A stretch of 24,760 nt of DNA from an uncultured Gammaproteobacteria bacterium (GCA_964507075.1 CAZDOL010000002.1:47465-72224), one strand, 5' to 3'; counted from the stretch's first letter, positions 14,032-24,068 are shown. Notes: a model not told the origin generated them from the letters alone. Made by a program: numbers and translations.

Positions 14032-14919
14032 ATGAATGTAAAAGAAATTAAAAAGATTTGTAAAAAAAATGATTTTGTTCCTTTGCGTCGTCGGGGACAA
14101 AATTTTTTAATCAACCCTAAAGTAATTGGACGAATAGTAGATGTGGCCGAAATAAACGGAGATGATGTTATCCTGGAAATAGGCCCAGGTTTAGGTGCTT
14201 TAACCAAACCGATTGCTGATAAATGCAAGAAAGTAATTGCAGTTGAAATTGATAGAAAATTAGTTGAAATTTTAAAAGAACGCTTATCAAATTATATTAA
14301 TATAGAAATAATTAAGGGTAGTATTTTAGATGGAACTTCAAATTTAGATTTGAGAAAGAAGAAATATAAAGTAATCGCTAATCTCCCTTTTAATATCACT
14401 GGCCGAGTTTTAAGAATTTTATTAGAACAGAGAAATAAGCCAGAGTTAATCGTAATAGTAGTTCAAAAAGAAGTGGCGCAGAGAATAGTTGCTCAACCTC
14501 CCCATATGTCTCTTTTATCTTTGGCAATTCAATTTTATAGTCAAGTAAACGCTGTTTTCAGTATTAATAAAAGCAATTTTTGGCCTCAACCGAGAGTAGA
14601 TTCAACAATATTAAAAATAAGGCCAAATAAATCCAAAATTAAACAAGAAATTGAGGATAAATTTTTTCAACTCATCAACGCTGGTTTTTCTTCTAAGAGA
14701 AAATATTTACTTAACAATTTGGTTAAAAGTGTTATAATGACTAATCATTGGAACATTGGAACATTGGAACATTGGAACACAAAAGGAAAAAAAGAATTTT
14801 TTTTAAATATTTTTAGAGAGATTGGTTTGAACGAGAAAGTTAGAGCGCAGGAACTATCACTTGAACAATGGATAGAGATTGCATATAACATTGGAACATT
14901 GGAACATAGAAAAAGTTAA
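14032..14919 (+). CDS. rsmA: 16S rRNA (adenine1518/1519-N6)-dimethyltransferase RsmA/KsgA, with octamer-repeat-encoded insertions
   Basis: RRRGQNFL, the SAM-binding EIGPGLGALT, ANLPFNIT, and FxxKRK in the C-terminal domain. The two stretches HWNIGTLEHWN and YNIGTLEH are encoded by GAACATTG repeats. Confidence 0.9.
   Translation: MNVKEIKKICKKNDFVPLRRRGQNFLINPKVIGRIVDVAEINGDDVILEIGPGLGALTKPIADKCKKVIAVEIDRKLVEILKERLSNYINIEIIKGSILDGTSNLDLRKKKYKVIANLPFNITGRVLRILLEQRNKPELIVIVVQKEVAQRIVAQPPHMSLLSLAIQFYSQVNAVFSINKSNFWPQPRVDSTILKIRPNKSKIKQEIEDKFFQLINAGFSSKRKYLLNNLVKSVIMTNHWNIGTLEHWNTKGKKEFFLNIFREIGLNEKVRAQELSLEQWIEIAYNIGTLEHRKS
14743..14782 (+). repeat. Tandem octamers AATCATTG GAACATTG GAACATTG GAACATTG GAACACAA inside the rsmA CDS
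   Basis: Three perfect units plus two degenerate ones, read directly. Translated in frame as NHWNIGTLEHWNT. Confidence 0.9.
14886..14909 (+). repeat. Tandem octamers TAACATTG GAACATTG GAACATAG at the 3' end of rsmA
   Basis: Read directly. These units encode the terminal NIGTLEH. Confidence 0.85.
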
Positions 14920-14943
14920 GCACTTAATTACCTAATATATTTT

Positions 14944-15639
14944 ATGAGAAATAAATCTAAAGTTTTTCAAATATTTTGCCTTTCAGTATTGGGGTTATTT
15001 GTTTTAGCCTTAGGTTTTTTTCAGATCAGGGGAGCGATTTATGGTCCATTTAAAGGTTTTAGAAAATCTAATACAGAGAAAGAATCAGCACTAACACAAG
15101 AAGAGATTTTATTTATTTTATCAGAGCAAGCCAAACAAGAAGACACAGATAAGGACGGCCTTTCTGATTATGACGAAGCTTATGTTTATAAAACATCTCC
15201 ATATATCCAAGATTCAGATAGCGACGCCTTTTCTGACCAAGAAGAAATAGAAGCGGGAAGTGATCCTTTGAATTCTAATTCAACGCCTTATCATCAGGCA
15301 GAGGATAATGAAGACAATCAATTAATAGATAAATCTTGGCCCGAGCCCCTTGAGGATGAACAATTTTCTTCAGAAGATATTAGGGATTTTTTAATTCATG
15401 CAGGAATAGACAAAGAAATTGTGGACAATATTGATGACAATGATTTAAAAAAGTTATATAATGAAACTAAAGAAGAAACAGGTATTGACCCGCAGGATTT
15501 AGGATTGTCATCTTCTCCTGAGGTTGATATTCTTTTATTAAGGCAAGCTCTAATAGATGAGGGGGTTGATGCTTTAATATTGGGAGAAATAGATGACGAG
15601 ACGTTAAAAGCAATGTTTTTGGAAAATTTAGGAAATTAA
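14944..15639 (+). CDS. N-terminally anchored, highly acidic protein with thrombospondin-type-3-like Ca-binding repeats and a duplicated C-terminal helical motif
   Basis: TM segment VFQIFCLSVLGLFVLALGFFQI. DTDKDGLSDYDE and DSDSDAFSDQEE match the DxDxDGxxDxxE pattern. Internal duplication: IRDFLIHAGIDKEIVDNIDDNDLKKLY / LRQALIDEGVDALILGEIDDETLKAMF. Confidence 0.6.
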   Translation: MRNKSKVFQIFCLSVLGLFVLALGFFQIRGAIYGPFKGFRKSNTEKESALTQEEILFILSEQAKQEDTDKDGLSDYDEAYVYKTSPYIQDSDSDAFSDQEEIEAGSDPLNSNSTPYHQAEDNEDNQLIDKSWPEPLEDEQFSSEDIRDFLIHAGIDKEIVDNIDDNDLKKLYNETKEETGIDPQDLGLSSSPEVDILLLRQALIDEGVDALILGEIDDETLKAMFLENLGN

Positions 15640-15662
15640 GATAATTTATTCATATAAATTAT

Positions 15663-18600
15663 ATGAGATTTGGGAAATCAGGTAATATTTTTATCAAAGG
15701 AGCGATTTTATTAACAATGTTTATGTTAGTAATTTCCTCTTTTTTATTTTTACCACAAAAAACTCAAGCTCAATTTATTGTTGCTGATCCCATCAAGGGT
15801 GTTTGGGATGCGATGAAATGGGCATGGGATAAGGGTGGTGCAGTTGCTTATCGAAATGCTTTAAATTTCTTTTTACAACAAGCCGCCAAACAATCAGGTG
15901 AATGGTTGGCTACTGGAGATGCAGGCAAGAAACCAGCATTTTTAACTGATCCTGATTTTTTTAGTAAAGCAGGTGATCAAATGTTGGGAGAGTTTGTTGA
16001 TTCTGTGGCAGATAATTTTTTAGGACAAAGTCTTTGTGACACTTTAGATCCCACTGTTAAATTTAACATATTGGCTAATTTAGACCCAGATTATCAAAAA
16101 ATGAAATGGGCAGAAGAACCAAAATGTTCTTTCAGTCAAATTAAAAAGAATCTTGAAGAAGCAGACTGGGAAAATATGTTTGAGTTTTCTAGTGAGGTAA
16201 AAGAGGGGAAAGTTGCTAAGCAAAAATCAACTATTAGCTCTCTTATTCAAGGTGATTCAATCCTAACAGAAGAGAGGAAGTATACATTGGACGGCAAACT
16301 AGATATTTGTCCTGGGAGCGGTCTTGACATCTTACAATGTCCTGCTGGAGCTGTTAATTGGGCGTTAGGAAACGTTTTTTATTTTTATCAGGAAGACTAT
16401 CAAGGAGTTGGGTCATATTTGCATGAATATACTAATGAGTTTGAGGATATTTTAGAGGGACTGAAAAAAGATGCTCCAACCCTTGGACTTGTTCGTGAAT
16501 CAGGTGAATCTGAAGATGAGAAAGATGCTGAGGCTGTGGCGATAATGAAAGGAGAGGCCTCGGCAAGGCTCCAGGCATTAGAAAAACAATTAGATCCAGA
16601 AACAGGCGCAGAAATTTGGATTCCGGGAGAGGGTGAAGATATATTTAAATTAGCAAGTTTAAATAAGTGGGCCCCAGAATGTTTAGCAAAGGATAACAAG
16701 GTTTTATTAGATGACCCGCAATGTCGTGGTTTATGTGATGTGAAAATTTGGCTTCGCAATGATTCTAATTCTGTAAAGAAATGTACTAGCGCATTAGGTA
16801 AACCAACTGGAAGTGTGTGTACATCAAATTCTGACTGTGAATCAGGCAGTACTTGCGAAGAATGGTATGGAATGTGTCAAGGGGGAAGTCATAATGGAGA
16901 GTGGTGTAAGAATACTTCTCAGTGTTTATTGCCATTACCAGGCGTTTGTGTAGATGCTGGACCGATTTGTTATAATCGCATTAAGAGAGTGAATAAATAT
17001 ACCAAACAATTAATAGAGTGGGCCACTACCCTACAGGACATGATAACTCAAGTTCAAAATAACTGGGAAGCACAGAAAGGTATACCTGATTTAGATCCTT
17101 TGGAAGACGCACAGAATATGTTTAATCCAGAGAGTAGCGCCATTGGTATACAAATGAGCTTAGAGAGTAAATTATTTGAAAAACAAGCAGCTGCTATTGA
17201 AAAAAGTAAAATTTTTAGGAGTATTCAGGGTTCAATGAACGCAGTAACTTCAAAAGTTTCAGGCATTATTAAACTACCATCTACTTTTGTGAGTGAAAAA
17301 GCGCGGGAATCTGTAAAATCTGGGAGCGCTGGACCTTTAACTACCACAGGCGTGGCTTTAGCTGATGCTATTGGAGTTTTTGCCAACACTTTTATATCTC
17401 AGTATATGAAGATTCTTTTCACCAAAGGACTCAATCCAGGGGCAGATAGCAGCAGGGTCAATGTTCCTGATGATCCCGAGGATCCGCCAGATCCGGACAC
17501 AACTTCTATTTTAAGCGAAATAAAAGTAATCCCTATTAATCAAGCCAGTAATGAAATGAGTATTTATGATGAATTTGCAGTTTGTCCTACTGGTACCGAC
17601 CAAAAATATACTTCTCAATTTAATTGTTTATTAGATAATAAATTAGCTCGAGCTGTAGAAGAAAGAATGACCATTCAAGAAGCTATAGAGAATAGTCTTC
17701 TTAATCCTGAAGAACGTTTGGGTATAGCTGGTGATATGCGTAGTTTATTATCAAAGAGTCATATTCAAAAACTACGACTAATTGGTATTCTGCCCTTGGG
17801 CATGCAAATCGCCAGCAAAATAGTTATGGAAGGGCAATATACTAACGGAATGACTTTGGCTGAGGTGGTAGACGGATTTGATCAAAGGGGCGCAAATGGT
17901 ATTTGTGGTGATCTTGACTCAGGAGAAAGTGAATTTTGTAATCTGGTAGACCCTGATTGGGTTTTGAAAGCCCCCAGTTATTTATGTGAAATAACTGGTT
18001 ATTCAGCGATTCCCCTAAGAGATAGTTCTTTTCGCCAAGAATCCTGTTTAGATTTAAAAACATGTATTAACGAAACTGATGGCAATCAGTGTGATACATG
18101 GTCTTATTGCACCCGCGCAAAGAATGTTTGGCGTTTTGGTGGAGATGAATGTGATGCTCAGTATAATACTTGTGCTTCTTATGCCCAAAAAGATAGTGGA
18201 GAAATTTTCTCTTATCTTTCTAATACTTTAGATTTTAATAATTGTAGCGCCAGTAATGTTGGTTGCAAATGGTATTGTTCAAAATGGGACCAAATATATT
18301 CGGGCATAGGTGGTAATTGGCCTTGTTCGTCTCCTGGTTGGCGCAAATATACTTGTTATCTCGGAGGCTTGTGTGATGACCCTTCTTGTCTTTGCGCTTG
18401 CGACGGCGATAATGGTTGTCCTGATGGATTAGGGAGTTGTGATGTTGTAGAAGGAGGAATGTCTTGTTCCTTGGATAGTCCCGAATTAAGGAATGTAGCC
18501 TTTTTTAGTAATCATATTGGGGGATGCAAAGAAGTTGACGAGGGTTGTTCTAAATATATTAGAATTAAACCAGGAACAGGAGTTAATTTTTTGCCTAATG

Positions 18601-21600
18601 GAAGTTTTGAGTTGCCTTCTCAAGATGACGGCACTCCTTTTGGTTGGTATGTTAATAATTCAGCGATTATTCAACAAATTGCGCTTTCCTCGGGTGCGCA
18701 ACATAGCAGTAATGTGGTACAGATTCAGACCGGTAATTGCGAATTAAGTCAGACGGTTCATAATGTCCCTTTACAAGGAGATTTTACTTTCTCGGGATAT
18801 TATAAGAAAAATAGCATTTTATCTGGTAATTATAATTTAAAATTACAAATTTGTTATGACGATAATTGCGATGATTTGGACGAGATTGAGAAAATTATTG
18901 AGCTTGATAATAATAATTGGAAACCTGTTTCTGTGTCCTTATCTTCTAATATAGAGAAATCTATTGATCATGTTAAGATTTTCGCTTTTAATTCTTCTGA
19001 TTTTAGTGGTGATATTTATATTGACGCATTACAACTTAGAAACGAAAGTGGGAATTCGGTTTATAGAGAATATGGCTCTAATGGGATTACTTATTTTAAA
19101 AGTGCTCCCGGACAGATGAATTGTTATGATGGAGATGAGAGTAATAATAATACTGATTGTGATAATTTTATTCAAAAATGTGATTCACAAAATGTTGGTT
19201 GCGAATCTTATATTTCTATGAATGATAATATGTCAGATATTCCAGCCATAGTTGATAATTTAGATTTATGTCTTTCAGGTTGTGTTGGCTATGAAACTTT
19301 TGAAGAAATTCCGACCAATTTTGTTAGTAGTAATCGTTGGGTAGATTTAATTCCTCAAACAGCAAAAAAATGTTCTGCTCCAGGTTGTGAGGAATTTACG
19401 AATTTAGATGCCTTGTCTCAAGGAGGTGAAGCGAGAGAATACTATACTTATCTCCGCCAATGCGTTAAGACTAATGCTCAAGGATTGGCAATCGTGGATT
19501 CTCTGGGAAACGAAATTTCGCCAGCCACTGCCGATACTTGCCGATATTATTATACTTGGGTTGGAGAAGAAACAAACGGATATCAATTAAAGAAATATTA
19601 TTTAGAAGCTAATCTATCTTTAGGGGGGCCAGTTCAAGTTAGCGCAACCCCGAATTCTGATTGGGGTGATTGCGAAAACGAGGATGACGCAGACGAAAAT
19701 CCTCATTGCAGGCAATTTTACGACGCTATGGGCAATATTTATTATCGTCTTTATAAAAATACTGTTACTTGCTCGCAAGACTGTAGTCCTTATCGTAGAG
19801 AAGTGGACAACACAACTCATATGGCTATAAAAACAGAAGGAGAAATTTGCGGGTTCCAAGACGTTGGTTGCAGGGAGTATAAAGGGTCTGCTTATGGAAA
19901 TATGAAAAATTTATTCTTGGACAGATTCCTCTCCAGCACTGATCCATGGGAAAATGTTGAAATCAGCGGCGAATCAATCAATCACTTGGGCCAATCTATA
20001 AAAGCCGACAATAATTTGGCTCAAAGACCAGTAGATGATTTCATTAGTTCTAGGGGAAAGGTTTATTCTCTTTCATTGTGGGTTAAAGGAAGTGGTAATT
20101 ATATTGCATCTTTCGGCAATGATTTATATTTTATTAACGAAGGTTCTCATGATGTTTCAGTTGTTTCTAATGATTGGCAAGAGATAAGATTTGGTTCTGT
20201 TTATTTTAACAGAGAGCCAGAAAACGATGAAAAATTAATCATCCAAGGACCGAATCAATTTTATTTAGATAATATTACCCTTAATGAGGTTCAGGATAAT
20301 ATTTATTTAACTCAAAATTCTTGGAATACACCGGCGGTTTGTGATATTGATTCCGAAGGAAATATATTTTCTGGTTATATGCTTGGTTGTCAAGCTTATT
20401 GGGATAGGAGCAATAACGCGCATTATCTTAAATCATTTAGCCGTCTTTGCCCCACAAAAGCAGTTGGGTGCGAAGCTATAATTGACACAAAAAATTCAAT
20501 GTCTGCTTTTAGCGAAGAATTTAATGGAGGGCTTCCTCAGGGCGACGAAATTGTTATTCCCGCCGACAGCTTGATTTACAGGGTTTATGACACAGACAAG
20601 AGTTGTGCCTCTGAAAACAAAGGGTGTCAAAGATTTGGCTTACCAGAATTTGATTCTAGTCAAGAAATAATTGATTTCACAGATGTATATTTATTAAATA
20701 ATCCAGATTTATATAAACTTCAATCCATTCTATGCGACATAGAAGGAGAAGGGTGTCAAGAATATGATGGACGAGTTTATTTTAAAGAACCAGGTGACAA
20801 TATTTGTGAGTATCGTGAAAATGTTTTTATTAATGGAGAGAATAAAAATGGTTGGTTTAAAGGTGAAACTGATCAACCTTGTTATATAGAAAATGGTTTT
20901 GCCTATCAACCATATGGCACTGTTTATGGTATTCGTACTAATACAGATCTTTTATATGAGGGAATTGCTGGGGTTTGTCCTGAAAATCAGAATGGATGTA
21001 GTCGGTTTATTAATCCAACTGAACAAAATTTAGTTTTGAATAGTGGGTTTGAGTTAGATGAGAATGGAGATGATGTTCCTGATGATTGGGACCCATATGA
21101 AGATCCAGAAATATCATTTACCCTAGAAACGAATGATTGTTTGAGCGGAAATTGTTGGCGAATGAATCATATTGGCGCTGCAACTTCAGCTGGTTCGCAA
21201 TATATAGAAATACAACCAGGATATACTTATGAGCTTTCTGCATGGATGAAAGCAAGTGATACTTCTACTGGTACCAGCAGAATTTACCTTGCTTATGTTG
21301 ATGAATTTAATCCTGGGACTTGGTTAGATATTGCTCACTCTGAACAATTAGGTTCTACGGACGGAAAATGGATAAAACACACTGTTACATTAAAAGCTCC
21401 ATATAATGCCATGTACGCTAGAATTTTAGCTCCTTATGTTGACGGTTTCATGGATGTGAGGATAGATAATGTTTCCTTAATAGAACAATTTTCTCCGCAA
21501 GGCAGTTATTATTATTTAAACAATGAAAATATAGATAAGACTTCTTGTAATGCAATGGCAGGTTTAAAAGAAGGTTGTATCTTATTTAATGATACTTCAA

Positions 21601-24065
21601 TTTCAGGAAATTTATTTTATGATTCAACCTCTACTTATGTTTTAAGTCAATCTCAGGGTGATATTTCAGTTCCAGCGTCCAGTGTTAGTTTAAATTCTGG
21701 GGGCGAAGGAGACAGTAATGTAGTTCTTAAAGTGAGGCGAGATAGAACTTGTGGTGAATGGTTGCAATGTTCGGGTTATCGTTCGGTCTGGGATAGTTCT
21801 ATTGATGAATATCGTTCGGTCTGTGATTCTTGGGTGCGTTGCGATCAGTTGGTTGGCTCTGGCAAACAAGCTCAATGCGGACATGTTGTTTATGATCCCA
21901 ACCCTAATCCTTTAACAGAACGAGAATATAAAAACAGAAATGTTTCTTGGTCAGGTATGGACTATTTGGGTTATTCTATACCAGATATGTATCCCATAGA
22001 AAGATTGTTCCCGAGCGAAGATACGCAAAATTCAGGATTATATACCTTAACTTATTTTGAAGATATAGATGATGATGGCATAGAAGACAATATAGGAGTG
22101 GATGGACTTGGCTTAAACATTGAGAAAACCACGCGTATTTACCCAGAAAAGAATTCTCCTTTCATGGCCAGTGCTAGTTCCTATTATAACAAGGTTAATT
22201 TATGTGATAGTGGAACAGGTGATTATCCTTATGATAATATTGATATTGACGGTAATATTGTCTCTCTCTATCCTGATTGTCAGGGTTCTTATCAGAAGGT
22301 TGAATATGGTGATCAATATAGTGGACTAACTAAATATTATAATTTTGATACAGGGGGCGTTAATTTAAGGAAAGCTTGTAAATATAGTGGGAAAAATTGT
22401 GAAAATGGTTTTCCTGACTGTGAAGCGGGAGATGAATGTGTTAAACCAAACAAGATAACTCAAGTTATTGGTTTGAGGGGTTTTTGTTTAGAGCCAGATG
22501 AGTCAAGGCCTGAAGATGCTAATACTTGTATTACTTGGTGGCCAGGGGCCAGCGCTGGCGATGTAGATGTTTATAATTTACATTATTCAGCAGGATATGT
22601 GGCGACTGGTAGCAGGAAATGGTATTGTTTAAATCAAGAGGACTATGTTTTTTCGGATGTTTGCACAGAAGATGGTGATCCGGGATGTAAATATCATTGT
22701 TGGGAGCACGACAGTTGTTCTTCTATTAAGATTTATGACGTAAATGATGATGGTCGCTTGATTCATAAAGATGAGATAGATTATGTCCAAACAGAATTAG
22801 GGGCTTCTGACGGGACAAGTTGTTCAATGGATCATATAATATATCTTAGAGAGGATCATGTTGGAAATTATGAAGAGGGAAATTGGTATGGTTGTACTGT
22901 GTCTGATGGTAGTTATGCTGGTAGTTGTGGTTATGATGCAGCCGCGTCTGACCCTCTCACTTGTAGATGTACCCAAAATGGTGATGGAACACAAAATGAT
23001 GGCTGCTCCTGCACAAAAATACAAGTTACTTTTGACTCCAATGGTTTTTTAGAAAAAGTAAAGCTAAGAGCGCATGGGAACAGTGCTGCCAATGATCGAC
23101 AATCATGGGATGGTGATTTGGAGGTTCATCTTAAGAGTGGCTGTCAATTCCTTGTTAATGCGATCCCAAGTGACAATTTTGGATTATCCATTACTTATAC
23201 TGATCGCTTTTGGGAATTCAGTGATTATTATTCTATAATAGATCCACCAAATACGCCTGGGACTGGCGGCCAAGATTGTACTCCTTATGGGGTGGCCAAT
23301 ACTTCAGACGCAACTAGATTGACCATAACAGGAGGTTTGGGAGAGGATAATTGTGATGGGGGCACAGAAGATGGAGGTAAAGCTAATATTGTCTATAATT
23401 TAAATGGCTTACAACAACTGTTTGTCAAGGTTGATGAAACACAAGAATTTGACGAAAATGCAATGAGCTATGGTTCAGTAATTGCTGGCAATTGGGCTCC
23501 CTGGAATATAACAGAGATTGCAGCAAGTTCGGCAGATGCGCCAACGATAACTTCTATTAATGGAGTTGAAAACGCTATTAGTATTGGGGAAGAGGATTTT
23601 GGAGTAGGTCCAGAAACATCTCCTTATGTTGCAAATCTTAAATTTTATGCTTCAGCAGATACAAATCATATGCCTATTAGGGAGATTAGCATTGATTGGA
23701 ATAATGATACGCCAATTAATTTTTATAATGTAATTAGCAAAAATCATCGTCCAGAATGTGATGGTACAGAATTTGGCGCAACACCTGAAGCTTGTGTAGA
23801 TAAATATTTTTCATTCAACCATACTTATACTTGCGAAGGAGAAGGAAGTGATGGATGGAATGCACATGGATGTGTTAATATGTGTTGTTTTAAACCTAAA
23901 GCTTATATCAAAGATAATTGGGGCTGGTGTGCTGGTAATCCAGGGGTATATGCTGGATGGGATTCTGACAACAATGCATATAATTGTAAAGATTGGGCTG
24001 ACATACCCGTAAGCGAAGCAGGAATTCCTTATAATGGAGTAATTAAAGTAAACACAAATAACTAG
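15663..24065 (+). CDS. Giant (2800 aa) secreted or N-terminally anchored Cys-rich surface protein with three jelly-roll/CBM-like modules and a PKD-like C-terminal region
   Basis: An uninterrupted 8.4-kb ORF beginning 23 nt after the previous gene. Signal peptide ...FLFLPQKTQAQF. About 112 Cys by hand count, nearly all after aa ~120. Recurrent C-x(4-7)-G-C-x-x-[YF] motif. N(F/L)(L/V)xNG(S/G)FE-type modules at ~18585-19050 and ~21027-21488, plus a related one at ~19908-20295. No LPXTG or C-terminal anchor. Confidence 0.85.
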   Translation: MRFGKSGNIFIKGAILLTMFMLVISSFLFLPQKTQAQFIVADPIKGVWDAMKWAWDKGGAVAYRNALNFFLQQAAKQSGEWLATGDAGKKPAFLTDPDFFSKAGDQMLGEFVDSVADNFLGQSLCDTLDPTVKFNILANLDPDYQKMKWAEEPKCSFSQIKKNLEEADWENMFEFSSEVKEGKVAKQKSTISSLIQGDSILTEERKYTLDGKLDICPGSGLDILQCPAGAVNWALGNVFYFYQEDYQGVGSYLHEYTNEFEDILEGLKKDAPTLGLVRESGESEDEKDAEAVAIMKGEASARLQALEKQLDPETGAEIWIPGEGEDIFKLASLNKWAPECLAKDNKVLLDDPQCRGLCDVKIWLRNDSNSVKKCTSALGKPTGSVCTSNSDCESGSTCEEWYGMCQGGSHNGEWCKNTSQCLLPLPGVCVDAGPICYNRIKRVNKYTKQLIEWATTLQDMITQVQNNWEAQKGIPDLDPLEDAQNMFNPESSAIGIQMSLESKLFEKQAAAIEKSKIFRSIQGSMNAVTSKVSGIIKLPSTFVSEKARESVKSGSAGPLTTTGVALADAIGVFANTFISQYMKILFTKGLNPGADSSRVNVPDDPEDPPDPDTTSILSEIKVIPINQASNEMSIYDEFAVCPTGTDQKYTSQFNCLLDNKLARAVEERMTIQEAIENSLLNPEERLGIAGDMRSLLSKSHIQKLRLIGILPLGMQIASKIVMEGQYTNGMTLAEVVDGFDQRGANGICGDLDSGESEFCNLVDPDWVLKAPSYLCEITGYSAIPLRDSSFRQESCLDLKTCINETDGNQCDTWSYCTRAKNVWRFGGDECDAQYNTCASYAQKDSGEIFSYLSNTLDFNNCSASNVGCKWYCSKWDQIYSGIGGNWPCSSPGWRKYTCYLGGLCDDPSCLCACDGDNGCPDGLGSCDVVEGGMSCSLDSPELRNVAFFSNHIGGCKEVDEGCSKYIRIKPGTGVNFLPNGSFELPSQDDGTPFGWYVNNSAIIQQIALSSGAQHSSNVVQIQTGNCELSQTVHNVPLQGDFTFSGYYKKNSILSGNYNLKLQICYDDNCDDLDEIEKIIELDNNNWKPVSVSLSSNIEKSIDHVKIFAFNSSDFSGDIYIDALQLRNESGNSVYREYGSNGITYFKSAPGQMNCYDGDESNNNTDCDNFIQKCDSQNVGCESYISMNDNMSDIPAIVDNLDLCLSGCVGYETFEEIPTNFVSSNRWVDLIPQTAKKCSAPGCEEFTNLDALSQGGEAREYYTYLRQCVKTNAQGLAIVDSLGNEISPATADTCRYYYTWVGEETNGYQLKKYYLEANLSLGGPVQVSATPNSDWGDCENEDDADENPHCRQFYDAMGNIYYRLYKNTVTCSQDCSPYRREVDNTTHMAIKTEGEICGFQDVGCREYKGSAYGNMKNLFLDRFLSSTDPWENVEISGESINHLGQSIKADNNLAQRPVDDFISSRGKVYSLSLWVKGSGNYIASFGNDLYFINEGSHDVSVVSNDWQEIRFGSVYFNREPENDEKLIIQGPNQFYLDNITLNEVQDNIYLTQNSWNTPAVCDIDSEGNIFSGYMLGCQAYWDRSNNAHYLKSFSRLCPTKAVGCEAIIDTKNSMSAFSEEFNGGLPQGDEIVIPADSLIYRVYDTDKSCASENKGCQRFGLPEFDSSQEIIDFTDVYLLNNPDLYKLQSILCDIEGEGCQEYDGRVYFKEPGDNICEYRENVFINGENKNGWFKGETDQPCYIENGFAYQPYGTVYGIRTNTDLLYEGIAGVCPENQNGCSRFINPTEQNLVLNSGFELDENGDDVPDDWDPYEDPEISFTLETNDCLSGNCWRMNHIGAATSAGSQYIEIQPGYTYELSAWMKASDTSTGTSRIYLAYVDEFNPGTWLDIAHSEQLGSTDGKWIKHTVTLKAPYNAMYARILAPYVDGFMDVRIDNVSLIEQFSPQGSYYYLNNENIDKTSCNAMAGLKEGCILFNDTSISGNLFYDSTSTYVLSQSQGDISVPASSVSLNSGGEGDSNVVLKVRRDRTCGEWLQCSGYRSVWDSSIDEYRSVCDSWVRCDQLVGSGKQAQCGHVVYDPNPNPLTEREYKNRNVSWSGMDYLGYSIPDMYPIERLFPSEDTQNSGLYTLTYFEDIDDDGIEDNIGVDGLGLNIEKTTRIYPEKNSPFMASASSYYNKVNLCDSGTGDYPYDNIDIDGNIVSLYPDCQGSYQKVEYGDQYSGLTKYYNFDTGGVNLRKACKYSGKNCENGFPDCEAGDECVKPNKITQVIGLRGFCLEPDESRPEDANTCITWWPGASAGDVDVYNLHYSAGYVATGSRKWYCLNQEDYVFSDVCTEDGDPGCKYHCWEHDSCSSIKIYDVNDDGRLIHKDEIDYVQTELGASDGTSCSMDHIIYLREDHVGNYEEGNWYGCTVSDGSYAGSCGYDAAASDPLTCRCTQNGDGTQNDGCSCTKIQVTFDSNGFLEKVKLRAHGNSAANDRQSWDGDLEVHLKSGCQFLVNAIPSDNFGLSITYTDRFWEFSDYYSIIDPPNTPGTGGQDCTPYGVANTSDATRLTITGGLGEDNCDGGTEDGGKANIVYNLNGLQQLFVKVDETQEFDENAMSYGSVIAGNWAPWNITEIAASSADAPTITSINGVENAISIGEEDFGVGPETSPYVANLKFYASADTNHMPIREISIDWNNDTPINFYNVISKNHRPECDGTEFGATPEACVDKYFSFNHTYTCEGEGSDGWNAHGCVNMCCFKPKAYIKDNWGWCAGNPGVYAGWDSDNNAYNCKDWADIPVSEAGIPYNGVIKVNTNN

Positions 24066-24068
24066 TTT

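Noticed and set aside
16400-23052. Ten short ORFs inside or antisense to the giant gene (e.g. 16400-16759-, 18517-18747+, 19620-19859-, 22858-23052+)
   Set aside because: All are nested in the single 8.4-kb reading frame, which has consistent domain-like sequence throughout. They are frame shadows.
23600-24065. Diversity-generating retroelement target at the C-terminus of the giant protein
   Set aside because: There is no reverse transcriptase and no template-repeat copy of the 3' region anywhere in the window.
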